Below are positions 41,160 through 52,766 of a stretch of 64,000 bases of DNA, piece by piece. The first letter of the stretch is position 1. Each line of letters begins with the position of its first letter. The notes under the pieces were generated by a model. It did not search any database. It had not been told where the DNA came from and was given only the letters and a program-made list of their open reading frames with translations. The stretch is from Piromyces finnis finn (taxonomy: Eukaryota; Fungi; Neocallimastigomycota): contig MCFH01000061.1 in the NCBI GenBank assembly GCA_002104945.1, forward strand, positions 186,001 to 250,000, written 5' to 3'. Both the position numbers and the translations under genes were made by a program.

Positions 41160-41220
41160 TGTCTTAATGGTTAGTATTTAATATTTAAGACATCAATATA
41201 GATCACTCGGGTTCGACTCA
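41160..41220 (+). promoter_or_regulatory. Pol III type-2-like A box (TGTCTTAATGG, 41160-41170) and B box (GGTTCGACTCA, 41210-41220) in the C LTR; second copy at 46577-46637
   Basis: One mismatch each to TRGYNNARYGG and GGTTCGANYCC; spacing is within the tRNA range; no complete cloverleaf. Confidence 0.55.
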
Positions 41221-41704
41221 CACCCTGATCTAAATTTTATTTTAAATTATTTATTTAACAATTTAATTTATGATTTATAGAAACTTATAGAACTTATTCG
41301 AAAAATTAAATATTTATTGTATTTTTATCACGGGATTCATTTTATGTAATTTTTAATTAATTTAAAGAATAATTTCGAAAGAAAATTGAATTTTTTATTT
41401 AGCCACTTCAGATTTAGAAAAAGTATAAATAGAAGTGGTTTGAATAAAAAAATTAAATAGTGTGTTTTTATTAACTTGTAACTTTAATTTTTAAAAATAA
41501 AAATAATTAATAATAAAACAATTTTCTAATAAAATTAAACAAATTATATCAACCTATAGGGAAATAAATAATATTTTTCTATATAAATTTTATTAATTCA
41601 TATATTAGTAAATTTTTATATAGATACACGTTACAATAAAAACACCGGTTGTAACATATTCCCTTTACCTTGATTAATTTGTTATATATTTTTTTTAAAC
41701 TTAC

Positions 41705-41900
41705 TGAACTCTCTTGAACTCTCTTGAACTCTCTTGAACTCTCTTGAACTCTCTTGAACTCTCTTGAACTCTCTTGGACTCTCTTGGACTCTCTTGGACT
41801 CTCTTGAACTCTTTTAGACTCTCTTGAACTCTCTTGGACTCTCTTGGACTCTCTTGGACTCTTTTGGACTCTTTTGGACTCTTTTGGACTCTTTTGGATT
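41705..41900. repeat. 10-bp tandem array (CTCTTGAACT/CTCTTGGACT/CTTTTGGACT, about 19 units) in the C leader
   Basis: Direct reading of the sequence. Confidence 0.95.
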
Positions 41901-41982
41901 TTGTTTTTGGATTCTTTTGGATACATTATACTCATTAAATTAAATTAAGATTAGATATTATCAATAAAATAAAATAAAGAAA

Positions 41983-44900
41983 ATGGATGAAGAATTGATG
42001 AATAATGCTACATTGAAGGATGGTTTCGCTGGAAATCGTCGTTTCTTTAAGGGTTTTCTCGCTAAAATAGAATTAATCTTTATGGTCTACCCAGAGCGTT
42101 ACGCGGATGACGAAGCAAAAATTGTTTATATCATTTCGAGACTATATGGTGAAGCCTTAAAATGGGCTGCATCATTAATTCACAACCATGACGAATGCCT
42201 ACTAAATTATGACTCATTCGTTGCCAAGCTTAAATCTGTGTTTGGTGACAACGACTCAACGTTTGTGGCTAATCAAAAACTTCGAACTATAAAGCAAAGG
42301 AAAATCGGTGAGATTCAAAAATATATTCTTGAATTTAACCGATACTCCGATGACTCTTCTTGGAACGAAAGTGCGAAAATGGATGCCTTCTTAGCTGGAC
42401 TACAAGATCAAGTCGCCAATAAGATTTTAGAAATGTTTCCCGGTCCACAAACGTTGCTAAATTTACAAGTTATTGCATCAAGAATCGATTCTAGAATCGA
42501 TACCAATAGAAGATTTTTCAACAACAATCATTCTATTAACACTACTCAAAACCGAAGAACTGAAGCAAATAGAAAACCTTGCACTTCAAGAAATAAGAAA
42601 ACTTATGGACCGCTTTCCTCAGAAGAAAAAGCTAGAAGAATTAAGGAAAATCTCTGCCTGTATTGTGGTTCTCCTGATCATAAGTTAAATAACTGCCCAA
42701 AAAGAAATAAAAATGAAAAATCAGCTGGGACTCATATTTCTAACACTATGCCTGAAAAGAAGCCTAGAATAAGATTCTCCGATAACCCCAATCTGAAACA
42801 GCCAGTCTTTGATTTCCAACTCAATACTTCCGACGTCTCCGTGAATACTAAATTACTAATTGATTCAGGATCCCAACTTAACCTACTAGATGTGGTCTTT
42901 GCCGAAGAAAATAATATTCCTTTTGATAAATCCGTCTCTTTCAACAAAATCTCTGGCATTGGTGGGGAACAACAAATCTTAGGTAAATCTATCCCAATTT
43001 CGATCAAATACAAAAACCACCAATGTAAAGCTATATTCTATATCGTAGACCTTCCGGGATATTGCGGCATCTTAGGTGCTGAATGGCTACATCAACACAA
43101 CCCTAATATTAACTTCGTTGAAAAAGAATTATCTTTTAATTCAAATTTCTGTCTGTCACATTGCTCTATTATTCCTAACGTTGCCCCTACTTATGTTATT
43201 TCTTCTATTTCTAATGATTCCAAACCTTCTTGTAGCACTTCAACAAATTCTTATATCCATGATTTAACAAAAAGTTCTCCAAAAAATCACGATTCCACCA
43301 TCAAGCCTACAAACAATAAAGAAGTTATTCTTCCTGCTGAACTTAAAGCCTTTGAAGATGTATTTAATGAAAAAGCCGCTGAACAATTGCCGCCTCATAG
43401 GCAATACGACTGTGAAATCCGTCTTAAGCCGGACTCTAAACTTTTTTATGGACCAATTTATCCCTTAACGGATAAAGAATCAATGGTATTGAAGGAATAT
43501 ATTGATGAAAATTTGCGAAAAGGTTTCATTAGACCTTCAAAATCACCGGCAGGTGCCCCAGTGCTCTTTGTTCCAAAAAAAAATGGTGAACTACGTCTCT
43601 GTCAAGATTATAGGAAATTGAATGAAATCACAGTCCGTGATTCCTACCCTTTACCACTAATTAACGATATGTTGGAGCACTTAGGTAAAAGCAACATCTT
43701 CTCCAAACTTGATTTAAGATCAGCTTACAATCTTGTGAGGATAAAAGAAGGGGATGAATTCAAAACTGCTTTTACTTGCAAATATGGACACTTTGAATAT
43801 ACTGTAATGCCGTTTGGTTTGAAGAACGCGCCTGCAGTATTCCAACATTTCATTAATGATGTGCTTGATGGAATCTTGGGAGTATTTGTCTTCAGTTATA
43901 TTGATGACTTAATTATTTTTTCGGAAAATTTTGAAACACATGTTATGCAAGTCAAAGAAGTACTTAACAGACTTAGAAAAGCGGGACTTTATGCAAAACT
44001 TGAAAAATGTGAGTTTTTTGTCCCATTTATCGATTTTTTAGGTCATCGTATATCGTCTGATGGTATTTTAATGGATCCTAAGAAGATTGCATCTATCCTG
44101 GAATGACCAACTCCTAGAAACGTTAAAGAAGTTCAAGCATTTCTTGGGTTAGCTAATTATTATAGAAGATTCATTGCAGGTTTTGCTGATCTTGCACAAC
44201 CACTTAATGCATTACTTAAAAAGGATGTTAAATTCTGCTTCTCTCATGAGTGTGAGAATTCATTCAATATAATCAAAACTAAGTTTGCTTCTTCTCCTGT
44301 CCTTGCGTACCCGAATCGCGATATACCTTTCATGGTTGAAACGGATGCAAGTAATTTTGCTATAGGTGCCATCCTTTCCCAAACGAATCCAAAAGACAAT
44401 TCTGTTCACCCTGTAGCATTCTTCTCTAGATCGCTTAGTTCTTCTGAAAGGAACTATCCGATCTACGATAAAGAACTTTTAGCAATTATAGCTGCTTTAG
44501 AAAATTGGCGTCATTTACTCAAGGGGACTGCTCAGCCTTTCAAAATTTTCTCGGATCACAGGAATTTGCTCTACCAGAAGAAACCCGAAAAAATGACCCA
44601 AAGATTAGTTCGTTGGTCTCTGTTTCTTACCGAGTTTAACTTCATTATCGTCTATCGGTCGGGTTCTGCTAATGGTAAACCTGACGCTTTATCCAGAAGA
44701 CCAGATTACTTAGAAAATTTTAAGGATTCCTATGATACTCCAAATTCCGTTCTTAGACCTGAAAACTTTTGTGCCCTGGTTCTAGATAACAACCCCCTTA
44801 TTGACAAAATCATTTCAAATAGCAAAGATGATAAATTCTACTTTGAAGTATGCAAGTACTTAGAAACTCAAATTCCACCAATACCTCATTCACAAATCGA

Positions 44901-46218
44901 AAACTTTAAAATTCAAGATGGTGTATTATTATTCAATGATAGGATCTATGTCCCTCATGATTGTCGTTTGGAAGTTCTTAAGATTTGTCACGACTCACCC
45001 TCCGCTGGACACTTCGGACTGAAGAAAACTACTTCTCTCATTGTTCGTGACTTTTGGTGGCCTTTTCTCTCTGTTGATGTTAAAGAATATGTAAAGTCTT
45101 GTGAAATATGCTGCCGTTCAAAGGACTCTCGACACAAACCTTATGGATTTCTTTCTCCTTTGGAAATTGCTGAACGTCCTTGGTCTTCCGTATCTATGGA
45201 CTTTATTACGGATCTTCCACCTTCTCAAAAGTATACTTGCATTCTCGTTGTCACTGATAGATTAACTAAATTATGTCATTTTATTCCTTTTGAGAACATT
45301 CCTTCTGCCTCCGATACTGCTGATGCTTTCATGATCAACGTTTTTCGTCTCCACGGATTACCAAATGAAATTCTTTCGGATAGAGGTACTCAATTCACCT
45401 CTAAATTCTGGAATTCTATTTGTAAATCTTTCGATATAAACCTAAAATTTTCTTCATCCTACCACCACCAAACAAACGGGCTGACGGAGAGGGTAAACTC
45501 CGTTGTAGAACAATACTTAAGGTGTTACTCAAATTATAAAGGTTCCAATTGGTACAAATTCTTACATCTTGCCGAATTCAGTTACAACAATGCCGTTCAA
45601 GAATCTACTAAAACTTCACCATTTTTTGCTAACTATGGCTATAATCCGAAACATTCTCCAATTTTACCAAGTCGTACCGATGTACCAATTGCGGATGAAT
45701 TTACAAGAAATTTCAAAGAAATAATTAAAACTCTTAAAGATAACTTAAAGAAATCCATTGATCAACAAGAAAAATTTGCAAACAAACATAGATGTAAAGC
45801 TCCTGAACTCAAGGTAAATGATAAGGTCTGGATCAACAGTTCTCTAATATTGCGGAATGGCAATAAGAAGCTAAAACCTAGAAAACTTGGTCCGTACAGA
45901 GTAATTGAAAAAATTTCTCCAGTTTCTTTCAAATTGGAGTTACCAAAGGAAATTCGTATTCATCCAGTCATCCACGTTTCAGAATTGGAACCCTACCATG
46001 AAGATAAGTTCAAAAGAAAGCAACCGCCACCTCCACCAGTTATTGTGGATAATAATGAAGAATTTGAAGTTGAGGAGATATTGGACAAAAGAAGATATTA
46101 TGGTAAAGTCCAATACCTAATTAAATGGAAAGGATACCCGATATCTGAAGCATCCTGGGAGCCAGAAAATAATTTGAATTGTCCAGAGCTACTTAAGGAA
46201 TTTAACGAAAAGAAATGA
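41983..46218 (+). pseudogene. gag-pol: Gag-Pol-chromodomain ORF of C with a single nonsense codon at 44104-44106
   Basis: CLYCGSPDHKLNNC knuckle, LIDSGS, YIDD, ETDAS, TDRL/SDRG integrase, chromodomain [12 protein letters not shown]...YLIKWKGY...[11 protein letters not shown] replaces the conserved Trp of EWPTP and the same frame continues. Confidence 0.92.
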
Positions 46219-48055
46219 TTCTAACAGAAACTTTATTTTTAATTTATTTTAATTTTATTTTTAATTTTATTCTTAAAAAAAAAAAAAAAAAAAAAAAAAA
46301 TTTAAACTTACTATAAGCATGTATTTAATATCAAATGTATAATATGAAAAAAAAAAAATTTTAAACTTACTATAAGCATGTATTTAATATCAAATGTATA
46401 ATATGAAAAAAAAAAATTTATTTTTATTGTAATTCAATTAGTATAGTTTAATTATATAGTAGTTATATAGTTTAAAAAAAAAATTATTTAATAAAACATA
46501 AAATGAATCCAAAGATTCGTCTGGTATCCGAATCCTGGAGGAGGACCATGTAACGAATCTATTAGAAATTTAATATTGTCTTAATGGTTAGTATTTAATA
46601 TTTAAGACATCAATATAGATCACTCGGGTTCGACTCACACCCTGATCTAAATTTTATTTTAAATTATTTATTTAACAATTTAATTTACGACTTATAGAAA
46701 CTTATAGAACTTATTCGAAAAAAGAATAAGTTCGAATATTCGAAAAATTAAATATTTATTGTATTTTTATCACGGGATTCATTTTATGTAATTTTTAATT
46801 AATTTAAAGAATAATTTCGAAAGAAAATTGAATTTTTTATTTAGCCACTTCAGATTTAGAAAAAGTATAAATAGAAGTGGTTTGAATAAAAAAATTAAAT
46901 AGTGTGTTTTTATTAACTTGTAACTTTAATTTTTAAAAATAAAAATAATTAATAATAAAACAATTTTCTAATAAAATTAAACAAATTATATCAACCTATA
47001 GGGAAATAAATAATATTTTTCTATATAAATTTTATTAATTCATATATTAGTAAATTTTTATATAGATACACGTTACAATTATTTAGACATATTAAAATCA
47101 AAATTTCATCTATTTTCAAAGTTTAAAGAAAGATAAATCCACATTAAATATTTATATACAAAATAATACGACAATTATATTATAAAAATATATAAAAACA
47201 CAAAAACATTTACACTACGACATTCAACAAAATTTCACTTTATTTTTTATTTTTCTTTGAAAAAAAAATTTTTATTAATAAAAATTTTCAAATTTTTCAT
47301 CATTTTTTTTATAAACCTAATTTTATATTATTTTTAATTTATATAGAAAAAAAAATTAATTTTTAAATATTTAATATGAAAATATCAAAAAATTCATATA
47401 TTTATTATTATTTATGAATATTTTTATCAGCTACCACTAAGTTGTATCTTAGGGGAGGAAATCTTGATAAATAATAATTATAAATATATTATAAATTTGA
47501 TATTTGTAGAAAATATTATTATAAAAATAATTATTAAATAATTTTATATAGTTTAGCATAAAAATATAATTTACATAAAATCAAATATTTTATAAACTTG
47601 ACATATTTGATTGGTTTAAATTATAAAAATAATTTTTAATATAAAGAATAATAATAATTTTTAGTAGAAAATAAGAAGACTTAACATATTAATAATAAGT
47701 TAAATTTTAATAATAGTTAATATGGTTAATTGAATAATACATAATAATAATTAAAAGACAAAAATAAGTTTTTAAATAATAAATAAAAGAAAATATAAAA
47801 ACGAAATTAAACTTGTCTAGTTTGTAATTATTGTGTTGAAAATAAATAATATTTTATAGAATAAATCTGGTGTTATTATTCTATATAAATATTATTAAAT
47901 AATAAAACTATAAATATTATAAAATAAATTAAAATAAATAATAAAACAAGTAGATATTGTTAAAGCTCGTACAATAGCTGTCGAGATAAAACAATATAAG
48001 GTAACGAATAAGTAGTTTAAAAAGTTGTAGAATAACTACCATTCCGTTATCATAT

Positions 48056-48869
48056 TGATAAATAATGAAATTAATAAATATAAAATTATTATTAAACCTG
48101 ATTTTTAAGTTAACCCTAAAAGTAACTTAGAATAAGTTATAGTTTAATTAATTACTTTACCAAAATTCTAAAATAAAATTAATCCTAAACACTGCATATA
48201 TTCTAATTATTGAAAGAAAATAATAAACTTTAATTAATCGAGATCAAAATATATAACTTTTGTTAAATTAATTGTTAAATTAAATATTTAATAACTTCGT
48301 TAGTAAATTACACTTTAAAAGTAAACAAATATAATAATTCCTGTTATAAAATAATATAATTATACACTTTTATTAAAATATTAAAAAATAATTATTACTT
48401 TAATTAATTGTAAAATAAACAACTTTTTATATTCTTTAACTTTTAATTATTTCTTTTATTGTTATTTTTAATTACTTTTATTACTTTTATTGTAAATAGT
48501 TATTAATTTTATTATTTTAATGTAAATAGTTTAAAATTAAAAGAAAATATAAATACATGTAAATATTCTTATTTTAACCATTATTATTATTATTAAGAAA
48601 GAAATATTATATAGTTAAGTTAATATTTTTATAATTTTAATAATCACTTTTATAATTAAATAAATAAAATTTTATATAATTAAATATTAGAAAAACGAGT
48701 GTTTCTAATAAAACAATTTAGTGTTTTTAATAAAACAATTTTATTAATCTTTATAAAAACAATTTTAAATTCTAATTCATATAACTTATATAGTTATAAC
48801 TTAAGATATAATATAATAATCACTTTTTGAAGTAAAATTCAAAATTAAGATTATTATCAAATTATATCA
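48056..48869. mobile_element. Probable solo LTR I (single copy; right end could be 48859)
   Basis: Starts TGATAAATAAT like the D and E LTRs; ends ...TATATCA; sits between two recognised LTRs. Confidence 0.45.
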
Positions 48870-48874
48870 ATTGT

Positions 48875-49939
48875 TGATACGCTACTCACATAAAAACGTA
48901 ATAAAAACTAGCCGAATAAACGCGACTTAACCCATAGTGACTTATAATAAAAATAAAAGATAATAACCCTTAAAAATGAATAAATAATAATTTTATGAAA
49001 ATATAACCCTTTCTTTTAAATAAATAATATCTCTTTATTAAATAATAAATTCTGAATAAAAACGACTTAATAGAGATAATAATAAAATAAATTATTAAAT
49101 AAAATAAAACGACTCAATCCAAAAATGTATTAAAATAATAAAATAATAATAAGTAAATAAAAATGAATAAATAAACTAAAAAAATAAAATGGTATACATT
49201 AAATTATTAATTCTAGTGTTTTATCCAAGTGTTCTTTAGAAATTCTTTCAAACTTATATATATAAATTAACAAATAAATAATTGAGTAATTATTACTAAA
49301 AGTGATTAATTTAAAACCTGGAAATAGAACAATAATAACAATTTTAAAGATAAAATACAGAACACTTTTATGTTTCTGTATAAAATGTGTTTATAATAAT
49401 TGATACTTTTAATATTTGATTTTATTTTAATTTTATTTTAATTTTATTTTAAATTTAGATTTTAATTATTTTATTCAAGGTATTATACACTTAATGATAG
49501 TTAAAGATAATTTATAATAGTTTTTCTAAATTTAAATATTTTGAATAAGAGAATCAAATAAGCAATATTCTATAATATTTTATGATATTAAGACATAATT
49601 TTAATTTATTCTTTAATTTAAATAAATAATCACAATAGTAATAATATTTAATAGTTAAAAATAATAATACATGTAATAAATGAAAAATGTATAAAAAGAA
49701 GATAAAATTCTTCTTTATAAAAATCAGACAATAAATAGACAATAAATAAATTATAAATATAATAAAGAGATAATTTAAACATAATAAAAAGAGTTTATTT
49801 TCGAGTTTTTGAGTGATTTATTTGTTAATTATAAAACATATTTTATTTTATTTTAAATTTATTGTTTCATCATAAATATTAGAATTTATTATTTATTAAA
49901 AATATTATATTATTCAAAAATATATCGGTCAACGCATCA
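48875..49939. mobile_element. Solo LTR H
   Basis: TGATACG...CGCATCA inverted termini; the first 51 bp recur at 21110. Confidence 0.7.
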
Positions 49940-49943
49940 TTTT

Positions 49944-49990
49944 TGATAAATAATAATTATAAATATATTATAAATTTGATATTTGTAGAA
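49944..49990 (+). mobile_element. First 47 bp of another D-family LTR, cut by insertion M
   Basis: Identical to 47465-47511. Confidence 0.85.
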
Positions 49991-51400
49991 TGTTTGTCAA
50001 GAGTATGAGTGGATTTAGAGTTATAATTAAGTCTACTAGGTTAGGATAGGCTTAATTATATAGTAAATAATAAATTTTTATAAATAAAAGAATAATAGAT
50101 ATAGTTTTTTTTAAGAATTATTTTATTTAATTTTTATAATATAAATAAATGATAATTATCAATTTTAATTTTTGAATTTACTATATAAAAATGAGTATAA
50201 TAATCTCACAAAGAACTTCTTAGAGTTGTTCTTTGTTCAACTTATTTATACTTTCATTTTTAATAATATTGATATTAATAAAGTATAATAATAATATTTT
50301 TAAGTTATACATGTATAATAATATAAATATAAATATTAATAAAATATAATAATAATAATAATAATATAATTTTCTTTAAATATCGATATTAATAAGTTGT
50401 TAAAAATAATATTAATATTTAATATTGGAAAGGGTTAAGGATCATAAAAATTTAATTTTCAATAAATTAACCTTTGAGTAAAAAATACATTATATGAAAC
50501 TAGTGATAACTTCTGAATCTCGTGTCCTTCAAATTAACTTTGTTAGAAAGTACTAGTTGAAATCTATATTCTCACAAATATTCAGCTAATTTAGACTATT
50601 AGTTCTTCTAGTTCTTGAGATATGGCTATTTAAAGATTTAAAGATCAGTGATCAATATTTATTTATATAATTAAAGTTAATATTCAAGTCATCCAACTTT
50701 CTATAAATAATTCAATTTAAAAAATTCTCCATTAATATTAAATAAGATTAGATAATAAATATTCTTAAAATTCAAACCTAATTAATTATAAAAATTAATT
50801 AATAACTTCAATCATAAGCAAACCAAAAAACCTTTTTGATTAAAAATCATTAGTTATAATAATAATTAATTAATTAATTAATTAATTAATTAATATATAA
50901 TTAGTATCAGCAATTTCTGTTCTCAATTTATAATATTAAATATTTACAATTTAACATGTTTAAAACAATACTTTTTATTTGAAAGTAATTTAAAGGATTA
51001 ATATTAAGATCTATCATATGAATTCATATTATTAATATCATCAATTATTAATATTTTAATTTAAAATTATTCTATCTTTATTATTAATATTAATATCAAT
51101 GTAATTTTATTAATTGTAAGAAAAAGTATTTAAACAAAGAATTAAAATCATTTTTGAAAAATTCTTTGTAAGATTATTTTAATTATTAAATATAATCTAT
51201 AATATAACTTAATAAATATTATTTTAATAAACAAATCATTAATAAATAAAATTTATAAATAAGCATATTAAATAAAAAAGCTTTATTTCAATTATAAAAT
51301 TATTTAATTATATTTTTAATTATATTTTTGTATTATTTAAATTTAATAATCGTCTTAAAGAAGCTTTACAGTAAATAATTTAATATTTTAATTATTAAAA
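49991..51400. mobile_element. Probable LTR-derived sequence M (right boundary unknown)
   Basis: Starts TGTTTGTCA exactly where D LTR homology stops; 50421-50560 resembles L1. Confidence 0.35.
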
Positions 51401-51624
51401 AAACATTCTGATCAAGTTATTTATCTCCTCAAAGCCTACTTTATATTTTAAATAACTTAAAATTTATTATACTCTAATTAATTACTTTACAAAAATTATA
51501 AGATAATAATTACATATTTTAGTATTTACTATATTTTATTTAGTCTAAATATTAATTATAAGAGAAAAGAATAATTCTTTGTTTATTTTATTATTTCAGA
51601 TAAATTATATTATAAAAATAATAA

Positions 51625-52203
51625 AGAAAAATTAAATAGGAAGATATAAAAAAAAGAATTTTTGTAAATAATATTAAGGAGGAAGAAAAAATGATAATTT
51701 ATAGGTGATAATATAAATGAATAAATAATATTATTGTTAGATTTAGAAGAGGAATTAACAATGAATATTAGTTTATTATCTACAGATTATACTTATAAAT
51801 AGTAATGGTAATAGTATAAATTATAATTAAAATAAATAATAATAAAATAATAGTAAATAATAAATAATTCATCTAGAAATATTTTTTTGTAATTGTTGTA
51901 GTATCCCATTAAAAAAATAAGAAGGTATTTTGTATAAAATCTGTACTAAATTTTCTCTAACTACCAGTGTTAAAAACATATTATTTAATATCAATGGGTT
52001 AGGTGTATCATGCTAGTGAAATCTACAATTTCAATATCAATCAATTAAAATTGTAATAATTATTTTAAAAACACTGAAATTTAAACAATAATATTATTTT
52101 ATCATCTATATTATCACCTATTAATTATTTTTTTATTTTTTTTCCTCCTCCTTAGTACTATTTACAAAAATTCTTTTTTTATATCTTTCTATTTAATTTT
52201 TCT
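51625..52203. repeat. Imperfect inverted repeat, arms about 51625-51738 and 52084-52203 (MITE/foldback-like)
   Basis: AAGATATAAAAAAAAGAATTTTTGTAAATA...TAAGGAGGA...ATAGGTGATAATATA...AATAATATTATTGTT recurs as its reverse complement. Confidence 0.7.
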
Positions 52204-52766
52204 ATTTTATTTGAGAATATAAATAATTAAATGCCTTTATTTTATTTTTTAAAAATAAATTCTTCATTGATAATTTCAAAATTATATAATGATAATATAT
52301 TAAAATTTTTATTTATTTATTTTTTTATAATATTTTTTAAAATCTGGTTTTTTTTTAAGTCCATTTAAAAATTAATTATTAATTTATAATGGATATTGTT
52401 ATTTATTTTGTTTTTCAAAAAAAAGTAATATAATAGTTTATATATTCTAAAATAAATATTAATTCTTTTTTAATTGTTAAAGTACATTTTATTTTTTTAC
52501 TTTTTTTTTAATTACCAATATTATTATTATTATTTTAGTTATTTTTCCTTAGCCATATATAATACAACAATGCATATATATATACAATAATAAGATATTG
52601 ATATAATTATTTATATATATCTAATTACTGAATTCTTTTCATTTATGTTTATTTAGTTTTTGTATTTGTAAATATAAGTCTTTTAATATATTTAAATAAT
52701 AAATTAATACTATTTATATTAATATAAATAACAATAAAAAAACGATGAGGAATAGTTGTATGAAAT

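Larger units (their letters stand above)
26400..47077 (+). mobile_element. Element C: chromovirus-type Ty3/gypsy element with TSD ATTAT. 5' LTR split into 26400-26409 and 41136-41635; 3' LTR 46549-47077
   Basis: TGTAACG...CGTTACA termini; ATTAT at 26395-26399 and 47078-47082; PPT GGAGGAGGACCA at 46537-46548. Confidence 0.93.
22925..48052 (+). mobile_element. Element D: old, decayed Ty3/gypsy-type element (5' LTR remnant 22925-23499, 3' LTR 47465-48052), interrupted by element C
   Basis: Diverged LTR pair ending CCGTTATCA; PBS TGGTGGAGAACC at 23502; PPT AGGGGAGGAAA at 47451-47461; gag and protease only. Confidence 0.85.

Noticed and set aside
41579-41935. 118 aa minus-strand ORF with SKRVQESPRE repeats
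   Set aside because: Translation of the 10-bp tandem array; no independent coding evidence.
25157-44106. Repeat-induced point mutation or stop-codon readthrough explaining the nonsense codons in D, C and F
   Set aside because: Lesions are sparse, LTR pairs remain nearly identical, and the stops replace conserved residues at unrelated positions with no readthrough context.
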